A DNA stretch of 64,000 bases from an uncultured Ignavibacteriales bacterium (GTDB lineage: Bacteria > Bacteroidota > Ignavibacteria > Tepidaquicellales > OLB5): contig CAYWTS010000007.1 in the NCBI GenBank assembly GCA_964461265.1, forward strand, positions 10,906 to 74,905. Direction: 5' to 3'. Below, in pieces: positions 49,601 through 57,763 of this stretch. Position 1 is the stretch's first letter. Every line of letters starts with the position of its first letter. The translations under genes and the position numbers were made by a program. The notes under the pieces are model-generated. The model searched no databases. It saw only the letters and a program-made list of their open reading frames with translations, and was not told where the DNA came from.

Positions 49601-51181
49601 TCAGTTTTGTCCCTTGTTTAATTTGTAAAACGAAAAATTATCAATTCTTGTATTAAATATATAATTTCTTTTAATAAAATTATCAAATTCGCTGAAATGA
49701 TTTAAAATCAACCAGGAATCCTCAGGATAACCTGAAATATAGTATAAAGCATCATTATGTGCTATTAAAATAAGTTCAGGTAAATTAAGCTCAATTTCTT
49801 CCATGAATTCATTTCTGAATACCTCGTTATTACTTTTCCAGAACAGCGGATAATTGTAAATAAATCTGGAAGAGGAATGCCTGCCTGATAAATAATAAAC
49901 CAGAGGGTCAAATCCCCAAATATAAATCTTATCGGTCTGATATGTATTTGCTGTTACGTAATCTATCGCTTTAAAAGTATTAGAAATTAAAAATGCAGAA
50001 TCGGTAGTAATTCCTTTATCAATGTATGCTTGATTCAGGCTTTTACTGCCTGTAACTACCTGAACCAAATCGTAATAATTGTTTTTATAGCTCTTACCGG
50101 CAAAAATGATATACAGGCAGGAAAGTAATATTATAACCGGGTATGTAATTATATTTTTATAATTCTCTGTTATTATTCTGATCTTATTAAAAGATACAGC
50201 AGAAATAATTATAAGAGGAGGAATTATTACAAGAAAATGGTATAAAAAGAATTTCCATTGAATAATAAGATTAATAATTGCTGAGAATAACCATATGTAA
50301 AGTGCACCCTCGAAAAATCTAAGGTCATTTTTCGTAATCAGATATATTAACAGACCGACTGACATAATAATAAGGGGTGAATAAACCGAACCGAAGAACA
50401 ACCTCAATAAATTTGCAAGAATAAAATCTAATGAACTTGTTTCAAATCCTATTCGGGCATACAAGGGAATCTGCACGAACATAACATCAGTCATGTAACC
50501 CAATGAACCGGAAACTGTATAAATTGCAAATGTAACAATTAAAATCAGGCACACACCGCAAGAATACTGTAGCATTCGTTTATATTTTGTTAAAGAGTTT
50601 CGTTTGTCAATATAAAATAAATATAAAATAAAGGGTAAAAATAATATAAAAGTATATTTATACAATAGCACTATACCAAATAACATCCCTGAAAAAAATA
50701 CAAATGATTTAACTGTTTTATATTGAGAAAACAATAATAGTAGTATGCTTAGTGTAAAGGGAAGATTTAAAAATCCGTCAGCTTGCAATGTATGCCAATA
50801 ATCATACCGGAAATATAAAAAAGGATATAAAAGTGTGAACATTACAGATAAAATGTTATTTCCGGTTAATCTACTTAAGATTAAAAAAATAAAAATTGCA
50901 GTTATTGCTTGCCAGAGAATATCAAAAATCCTTATACTTAGCATTGATTTTCCGAAAAAAAGCTCTGCAAAAGCAAATGTATAATGTACACCGGGCGGTT
51001 TCAGATCAAAAACGTATTTATAATTGATTTTACCTTCTAGTAGCATTTTACCTGCATATGCATATATACCCTGATCCCGTCCGAAAGGATAAATCAATGA
51101 AATACTGCCAATGACAAAGGTCACAAGCAGAATAATAACAATTATTAAAAGGAGTTTATTTCCCCCTGATTTACCTGGCAA
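49601..51181 (-). CDS. GT-C fold glycosyltransferase (ArnT/PMT-like, GT39/83 type)
   Basis: The first periplasmic loop FGRDQGIYAYAGKMLLEG carries a DxD-like acidic motif. At least 11 TM helices and a C-terminal soluble domain. Confidence 0.6.
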   Translation of the reverse strand: MPGKSGGNKLLLIIVIILLVTFVIGSISLIYPFGRDQGIYAYAGKMLLEGKINYKYVFDLKPPGVHYTFAFAELFFGKSMLSIRIFDILWQAITAIFIFLILSRLTGNNILSVMFTLLYPFLYFRYDYWHTLQADGFLNLPFTLSILLLLFSQYKTVKSFVFFSGMLFGIVLLYKYTFILFLPFILYLFYIDKRNSLTKYKRMLQYSCGVCLILIVTFAIYTVSGSLGYMTDVMFVQIPLYARIGFETSSLDFILANLLRLFFGSVYSPLIIMSVGLLIYLITKNDLRFFEGALYIWLFSAIINLIIQWKFFLYHFLVIIPPLIIISAVSFNKIRIITENYKNIITYPVIILLSCLYIIFAGKSYKNNYYDLVQVVTGSKSLNQAYIDKGITTDSAFLISNTFKAIDYVTANTYQTDKIYIWGFDPLVYYLSGRHSSSRFIYNYPLFWKSNNEVFRNEFMEEIELNLPELILIAHNDALYYISGYPEDSWLILNHFSEFDNFIKRNYIFNTRIDNFSFYKLNKGQN

Positions 51182-51307
51182 ATTATTAATGGTGAAAATT
51201 CAATAATTCCGGATATTTACTAAAAAAAAGTGTAGTAATTTGTAGCTGATTTATTCGATAGAAGCTATATAATATTTGAGGTAATCATTTAAACAAATCT
51301 ATTGATT

Positions 51308-53023
51308 TTATAACAAATTTGAAACTCTATTTTTTAAATCCTCTATAGGTATAGTAAATCTTTCCCCTGAACGTCTGATTTTAACTTCTATTACATTATT
51401 TTTTATATTTTTTTCACTTATTATCAAATGAAGGGGTATTCCTATCAGGTCGGCATCTTTAAATTTAAAACCCGGCGTTAATCCTTCCCTGTCATCAAAT
51501 AGAATTTCGAAATCGTAATTCTTTAAATCCTTATATATTGTTTCAGCATGTTTCTTAACTTCAGTATTTTCGGAATTAATACATATCATGTGAATCTGAA
51601 AAGGGGATATTTCTCCGCCCCAAATGATACCATTCTCATCATGGTTTTGTTCAATATATGCTGCAGCAATTCTTTCGATACCTATGCCATAGCTCCCCAT
51701 AATAATCAGCTGCTCTTTACCGTTCTGGTCAAGATATTTTGCGTTAAGTGATTCAGCGTATTTTGTTCCAAGCTTGAATATATGACCAAGCTCTATAGCT
51801 TTTGTAATCCTTATCCTCGATTTTCTGTCGAGGGTATATTCACCTTCCTTCACCAGACGCAGATCTTTGTATTCGATGTTCGGTACATCCCTTAGGAAAT
51901 CGATATTTTTAACATGGTAATCATTTTCATTGGCTCCGCTTATAAGTTCGTCGGCATCTTTCAATCTTAAATCTGCAGCCATTCTGACTCTAGGGTCTTT
52001 AAAACCGATTGGTCCGATGGAACCTGCATCCGCTCCCGCTATTTCCATTAGCTCATCCGGATGTGCAGGACGAATGCCCTGCCCATATAGTGCTGCTAAT
52101 TTAGACTCGTTCACTTCATCATCACCACATACAAATATTAATAAATATTCATCTTTATTATTATTACCCCCAGGTATAACATAAACACGGGATTTTGCAA
52201 GGTGTGATTTATCATTAGAGCCCAGAAAATCCGCTAACTCATCAATAGTCTTAATATTTGGAGTTGAAAATCTTTCATACGGTTTATTGCTGTCTTTTCT
52301 TTTAACCGGTTCTGCATAAGTAACAGCCACTTCAAGATTTGAAGCATAGCTGTTATCATCACTCAGTACAACACTGTCTTCTCCGGCAGGTGTCTCAATC
52401 ATAAATTCCTCCGACTCACTACCACCCATTGCGCCGCTGAATGCCGACACAGTAAAGAAGTTCAGTCCGCATCTTTTAAATATATTACGATATGCTATAT
52501 CGTGCAATTTATATGATTTATCCAAACCTTCCCATGTGGCATCGAATGAGTAAGAATCCTTCATCGTAAATTGCCTTACCCGTAAAACACCGCCCCTGGG
52601 TCTTGGTTCATTTCTGAATTTGGTCTGTATCTGGTACCAGATTTTGGGGAAATCTTTATAGGAAACAAGATTTGGTTTTGCTATAGAGGTAAAGACCTCC
52701 TCGTGTGTAGGGGCAAGCACTAACTCGCGATTTTTAATTCGGAAAATATCATCACCGTAATCTTCAAGCCTTCCTGTTTGATGCCATAATTCATTTGGCG
52801 ATAATGCAGGGAGAAAAAATTCGTTTCCTCCTATTGCATTCATTTCTTCCCTTACAATTTGTTCGATCTTTCTAAAAATCCTCAAACCCAACGGTAAGTA
52901 AGAATAAACCCCGGCAGTAAGCTGTTTTATCATCCCAGACCGTATCATAAGAATATGTGACGGAATTACGGCATCCGAAGGAACTTCTTTTAAAGTAGGA
53001 ATAAAAAATTTACTAAACCTCAT
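51308..53023 (-). CDS. proS: Prolyl-tRNA synthetase (bacterial type with editing insertion)
   Basis: MRFSKFFIPTLKE...GVYSYLPLG, class II motifs (FRNEPRPRGGVLRVRQFTMKD, GSYGIGIERI), an INS domain and a C-terminal anticodon-binding domain. Confidence 0.92.
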   Translation of the reverse strand: MRFSKFFIPTLKEVPSDAVIPSHILMIRSGMIKQLTAGVYSYLPLGLRIFRKIEQIVREEMNAIGGNEFFLPALSPNELWHQTGRLEDYGDDIFRIKNRELVLAPTHEEVFTSIAKPNLVSYKDFPKIWYQIQTKFRNEPRPRGGVLRVRQFTMKDSYSFDATWEGLDKSYKLHDIAYRNIFKRCGLNFFTVSAFSGAMGGSESEEFMIETPAGEDSVVLSDDNSYASNLEVAVTYAEPVKRKDSNKPYERFSTPNIKTIDELADFLGSNDKSHLAKSRVYVIPGGNNNKDEYLLIFVCGDDEVNESKLAALYGQGIRPAHPDELMEIAGADAGSIGPIGFKDPRVRMAADLRLKDADELISGANENDYHVKNIDFLRDVPNIEYKDLRLVKEGEYTLDRKSRIRITKAIELGHIFKLGTKYAESLNAKYLDQNGKEQLIIMGSYGIGIERIAAAYIEQNHDENGIIWGGEISPFQIHMICINSENTEVKKHAETIYKDLKNYDFEILFDDREGLTPGFKFKDADLIGIPLHLIISEKNIKNNVIEVKIRRSGERFTIPIEDLKNRVSNLL

Positions 53024-53297
53024 ATTTTACCATATCTGTAAATATACTTGTGAAAAACAAGCAAATATACCTTTATTTAGAAACCTTTTCAATGAATAAC
53101 TCTAAAAATCATAGATTAATAAAAAATACCTACGTAAAATAGACTAGCTATTGAACTTAATTAGCTATGAAATATGGTAGAAGATTAAAGAAAAATTTTT
53201 TTATACCATATGTAGGGTATTGAAAAGCTAACTGTTATACAGTATAATCGTAGTAGATATAGTTAACTGAATTCTTAAATATTAATTTTTTACAGCT

Positions 53298-53693
53298 ATG
53301 AAAACATTCAATTTCACACTTTTATTACTTTTTACTTTCATTATAGCACTTCTAGCGAATACACATATTTTTGCACAGAAAAACGTTATAATGGCGTCGA
53401 ATATTTCACCATTTACATGGGAAGTTCCTGCGGAATTTAAAGTGTATCAAAATTTCCCAAATCCATGCTATAAATCAACTACAATAAAATTCGATATTGC
53501 TTCACAGTCCGACGCAAAACTCACAATTTATGATTTCTATGATAATGAGGTCAAATGTTTTATTTACAATAATATAAAACCAGGAACATACCAAATTATT
53601 ATTGATGCTTCTGGTTTTTCTAATGGTGAGTATAGGTATGTATTTACTTCGGGTGAATATACACAAAGTTATCAAATGACAGTATTAAAATAG
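53298..53693 (+). CDS. Small secreted protein consisting almost only of a T9SS-type C-terminal sorting domain
   Basis: Signal peptide, then KVYQNFPNPCYKSTTIKFDI...LTIYD...G.Y...DASGFSNGEYRYVF, which is the type-A Por secretion CTD pattern. Confidence 0.6.
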   Translation: MKTFNFTLLLLFTFIIALLANTHIFAQKNVIMASNISPFTWEVPAEFKVYQNFPNPCYKSTTIKFDIASQSDAKLTIYDFYDNEVKCFIYNNIKPGTYQIIIDASGFSNGEYRYVFTSGEYTQSYQMTVLK

Positions 53694-53715
53694 CTAAGAA
53701 TATTTTTATTCAAAG

Positions 53716-53757
53716 AGTGAGTCTGTAATATATAATATTTATAGACTCACTTTTTTT
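53716..53757 (+). terminator. Rho-independent terminator
   Basis: AGTGAGTCT (53716-53724) pairs with AGACTCACT (53743-53751) and is followed by a T7 run. Confidence 0.75.
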
Positions 53758-53980
53758 ATTACGTTTCTTTTTGTGTGTATATTACAAAGCACCACTTTTA
53801 TCAAAAAAAAATATTCACTGTATATTAAAATAACTTCTGAAAAACCATTCGCAAACCTTATTTCCACTACCGTTTCATACCAGAGAAAATGTTACTTCAA
53901 ATAGTTCTAGATCACTTTATTGTTAACTGATATTCCCCTCCTTTATAAAAATAATAAAATTTGCTAATTTTGCAAATAAT

Positions 53981-54466
53981 ATGAATGAAATTGTTTCTAA
54001 ACTCAGGGAAAGATTAAGTGTAACAAACGGTTATAATTTCGTAACGCATTCAGAAATCCAAGAATACCCTTCGATAGAAATTCCCAAAGAAAGACTGCTT
54101 GAAATCTCAAAAATCCTTAAGGAGGAACTTGGTTTTATTCTGCTTATTGATATAGTTGGTGTTGACCGCTTCACAAAAGATTACAGGTTTGAATGTATTT
54201 ACAATCTATGGAATGAAACTGAAAAGCAAAGACTTTTTATCAGGGTAAAACTTGACTCTGCAAAACCAGAAGTGGAATCAGTAACCCCTCTCTGGCCGGG
54301 TGCAAACTGGATGGAAAGAGAAGCTTTTGATATGTTCGGAATAAATTTTCTTAACCATCCCGATTTGCGAAGAATTTACATGATACAAGATTATAAATAT
54401 TATCCTTTAAGAAAAGATTATCCTTTAATGGGAATTCCGGGAGCCTCGGAACTGCCAAAGAAATAA
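53981..54466 (+). CDS. nuoC: NADH-quinone oxidoreductase subunit C
   Basis: FECIYNLW...LFIRVKL...W.GANWMEREAFDMFGI.F..HPDLRRI motifs. Confidence 0.87.
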   Translation: MNEIVSKLRERLSVTNGYNFVTHSEIQEYPSIEIPKERLLEISKILKEELGFILLIDIVGVDRFTKDYRFECIYNLWNETEKQRLFIRVKLDSAKPEVESVTPLWPGANWMEREAFDMFGINFLNHPDLRRIYMIQDYKYYPLRKDYPLMGIPGASELPKK

Positions 54467-55749
54467 TGGACAAAAACATAATAGATACTATATTAGAAGT
54501 GAATAAAACTCATGGCAGGTTTAATGAGATACTCAAAGCACTTGAAACTGAGGACGTAAGAGCTTATTTCGATGAAGCATTAGACAACCAGTTAGTGCTT
54601 AATATGGGTCCGTCACATCCTGCTACACACGGAGTGCTCAGAGTTGTGATAAGCCTTGACGGTGAAATGGTTGTAAAAGCTGTCCCAGATATAGGCTACC
54701 TGCACAGGGGTTATGAAAAGCTTGCAGAAAACATGACATTTCATGAATTCATTCCCCACACCGACAGGCTCGATTATCTTTCTACGGTTGCTAATAACGT
54801 CGGATATATCCTGGCAGTGGAAAAACTCTTAGAAATAGAAACTACTCCTCGGACAAAATATATCAGAACAATCTGCTGCGAGCTTGCAAGAATTTCTTCC
54901 CATCTTGTTTGGATGGGAAGTATGGCAATGGATGTTGGAGCATTAACAGTTTTTTTATGGACATTCAGAGAAAGGGAAAAAATACTTGATATACTCGATT
55001 TAATTACAGGAGCCAGGTTTACTACAAGTTTCACGCGTATCGGAAGCGTATGGAAAGATATCGATGACGAAGTAATTAAACGTACCAGGATTTTTCTGGA
55101 AGAATTTCCCGCTAACTTAAAAGAAAGCCAGGACCTCATAGAACGAAACCGGATCTTTATTAACCGCTGTGAAGGTGTCGGGTATATATCAAGAGAAGAC
55201 GCACTTGCCATTGGACTTACAGGTCCGAACCTTCGGGCTTGCGGAGTTGCAAGAGATTTACGAAAAGATGAACCCTATCTTATATACCCAGAACTCGATT
55301 TCGATGTTCCAACACTTCCTGAAGGTGACAGCCTTGCAAGGTATTACGTTCGTATCCGTGAATTCTACGAGTCGGTAAAAATATTAAATCAATGCCTAGA
55401 TAAGCTCCCCGATGGTCCTATTGATGCTCACGATACCCGTAATGTATTACCTAAGAAAGAAAAGATATATACTAAAATGGAAGAGTTAATAGACGATTTT
55501 ATGCTTGTTAACTTTGGTAATATCCCTGAAAAAGGCGCTGAATCTTATTTTGGATTCGAATCTTCCAAGGGCGAACTTGGTTTTTACTTTATAAGCAACG
55601 GTACAGGTTATCCCTACAGATTAAAAATACGTTCCCCTTCATTTGTTAATTTGCAGTCACTGCCCATTTTAACCAAAGGATGCCTGATATCGGATGTTGT
55701 TGCTATTATCGGCAGCATAGATCCGGTTATGGGTGAGGCAGATAAATAA
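54466..55749 (+). CDS. nuoD: NADH-quinone oxidoreductase subunit D
   Basis: LNMGPSHPATHGVLR, GYLHRGYEKL, RICCELARISSHL and the C-terminal DPVMGEADK. The start overlaps the nuoC stop (TAATG). Confidence 0.92.
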   Translation: MDKNIIDTILEVNKTHGRFNEILKALETEDVRAYFDEALDNQLVLNMGPSHPATHGVLRVVISLDGEMVVKAVPDIGYLHRGYEKLAENMTFHEFIPHTDRLDYLSTVANNVGYILAVEKLLEIETTPRTKYIRTICCELARISSHLVWMGSMAMDVGALTVFLWTFREREKILDILDLITGARFTTSFTRIGSVWKDIDDEVIKRTRIFLEEFPANLKESQDLIERNRIFINRCEGVGYISREDALAIGLTGPNLRACGVARDLRKDEPYLIYPELDFDVPTLPEGDSLARYYVRIREFYESVKILNQCLDKLPDGPIDAHDTRNVLPKKEKIYTKMEELIDDFMLVNFGNIPEKGAESYFGFESSKGELGFYFISNGTGYPYRLKIRSPSFVNLQSLPILTKGCLISDVVAIIGSIDPVMGEADK

Positions 55750-55765
55750 ATCTATGTTCACTTAA

Positions 55766-56248
55766 TTGATGGAAATAAAGTTTACAGAAGAAAATCTAAG
55801 GAAAATTGACGAAATTAAGTCACATTATCCTACTGCTGATTCAGCATTACTGCCTGTATTATGGCTTGCACAGGAACAGTTCGGATGGATTTCTCTTGAA
55901 GTGATGCAATACATAGGTGACCTGCTTAATATTCCCTATGAGCGTGTTTATGGTGTAGTGAGCTTTTATACGATGTTCAACAAAAAACCTGTCGGTAAAT
56001 ATCACCTGCAGGTCTGCACCAATGTTTCATGCATGCTGCGTGGCGCTTATGAAATACTGGAGCATATTTGTAAAAAGTTAAACATCTTAGTAGGTGAAAC
56101 AACACCTGATAAAAAATTTACAGTTACCGAAGCCGAATGTCTCGGCAGCTGCGGAACGGCACCGATGCTCCAGCTCAATAATTACTTTAAAGAAAACCTG
56201 ACCAAAGATAACATCGACAAATTACTTGAAGAACTTCATAAAAGCTAA
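55766..56248 (+). CDS. nuoE: NADH-quinone oxidoreductase subunit E (2Fe-2S)
   Basis: ALLPVLWLAQEQFGWI, Cys ligands in QVCTNVSCMLRG and CLGSCGTAPM. An ATG at 55769 is the likelier start. Confidence 0.87.
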   Translation: MMEIKFTEENLRKIDEIKSHYPTADSALLPVLWLAQEQFGWISLEVMQYIGDLLNIPYERVYGVVSFYTMFNKKPVGKYHLQVCTNVSCMLRGAYEILEHICKKLNILVGETTPDKKFTVTEAECLGSCGTAPMLQLNNYFKENLTKDNIDKLLEELHKS

Positions 56249-56259
56249 AAAATATTTCG

Positions 56260-57567
56260 TTGCATAAAATTATTTTAAAAGATATTCCTTCACTGCATAA
56301 GCTCGAAGTTTACCGTTCAAACGGAGGCTATGAAGCCCTAAAAAAGGCATTGAAAGAAATGAAACCTGAAGAAGTTACAGAAGAAGTAAAAAAATCAGGT
56401 TTACGCGGAAGGGGCGGTGCATGTTTCCCGACAGGACTGAAATGGTCATTCATGCCTAAGAATTCGGACAAACCAAAATACCTTTGCTGCAACGGAGATG
56501 AATCGGAGCCGGCAAGCTTTAAAGACCGGCAGATATTCGAATTTAATCCGCATGTATTTATTGAAGGTACCCTGCTCTCATGTTATGCAATGGGTATCAA
56601 AACAGCATACGTTTATATCAGAGGAGAATATTTCTACTGGCAGGAACTTCTTCAAAAAGCAATCGATGATGCTTACACAAATAACTTGATAGGCCAAAAT
56701 ATATTAAGAACAAATTTTTCTGCCGACATCTTTATACACCGCGGCGCCGGTGCTTACATCTGCGGAGAGGAAACTGCACTGATGAATTCGATAGAAGGAA
56801 AACGCGGTTACCCGCGTGTCAGGCCCCCCTTTCCTGCACACTACGGCTTATGGGGATGTCCTACCACAATAAACAATATAGAAACTATTTCAAATATACC
56901 GGCAATAATTGAAAATGGGGGTGAGTGGTACAGCAAGATAGGTGAACCGAAACACCCCGGAAATCTTTTGTATGGTGTTAGCGGGCATGTCAACAAACCG
57001 GGAGTTTATGAATTACCTTCCGGAACATTGCTCACCGATATCATATACAAATACGCAGGCGGTGTAACCGGTAACAAAAAAATCAAGATGGTAATCCCCG
57101 GTGGTTCGTCGATGCCGCCTATTCGGGGTGATGAAATCGAAGGATTAAAGATGGATAACGAAAGCCTTAAAACAGTAGGTTCAGCAATAGGAACAGCCGG
57201 AATAGTGGTTATGAATGAAGACACCGATATAGTAAAAGTCCTAAAGAGAATAACGCAATTTTATTACCATGAATCGTGTGGTCAATGCACACCCTGTCGT
57301 GAGGGTTGTGGCTGGATGTTGAAAATCTTAAACAGGATAGACAGCGGAAATGGCAGGTTAGAAGACATCGATTTACTTTCGGAGGTAGCCTGTAACATTG
57401 AAGGTAATACCATATGTGCTTTCGGTGAAGCGGCAGCCTGGCCCGTTAAATACACAATTCAAAAGTTTAGAAATGAATTTAGCGAAAAAATCACTAAAAA
57501 AGACATAAAGCTGCCTGAATTGAATAAAGTACACGCTTTAAAAACAACAACCGCAATAAGTAACTAA
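56260..57567 (+). CDS. nuoF: NADH-quinone oxidoreductase subunit F (FMN, 4Fe-4S)
   Basis: GLRGRGGACFPTGLKW, CNGDESEPASFKDR, GAGAYICGEETAL and ESCGQCTPCREG. Confidence 0.92.
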   Translation: MHKIILKDIPSLHKLEVYRSNGGYEALKKALKEMKPEEVTEEVKKSGLRGRGGACFPTGLKWSFMPKNSDKPKYLCCNGDESEPASFKDRQIFEFNPHVFIEGTLLSCYAMGIKTAYVYIRGEYFYWQELLQKAIDDAYTNNLIGQNILRTNFSADIFIHRGAGAYICGEETALMNSIEGKRGYPRVRPPFPAHYGLWGCPTTINNIETISNIPAIIENGGEWYSKIGEPKHPGNLLYGVSGHVNKPGVYELPSGTLLTDIIYKYAGGVTGNKKIKMVIPGGSSMPPIRGDEIEGLKMDNESLKTVGSAIGTAGIVVMNEDTDIVKVLKRITQFYYHESCGQCTPCREGCGWMLKILNRIDSGNGRLEDIDLLSEVACNIEGNTICAFGEAAAWPVKYTIQKFRNEFSEKITKKDIKLPELNKVHALKTTTAISN

Positions 57568-57763
57568 TTAAGGCAATTAGCCCCTTAGACATATCAAATT
57601 GCTTGTAACCCGCTAACGTCTTTTCGGTATTGTGTTTTTTAAAATAAACCTAAATATTGCAATAGCTTCTGTTAGCAATTAAAAATTAAAACTAAAGTTT
57701 AATAAACCTTCGGGGATTATATTTTCGAAAACGTTAAAATAATTAAAACGGAGAACTTTTAAA

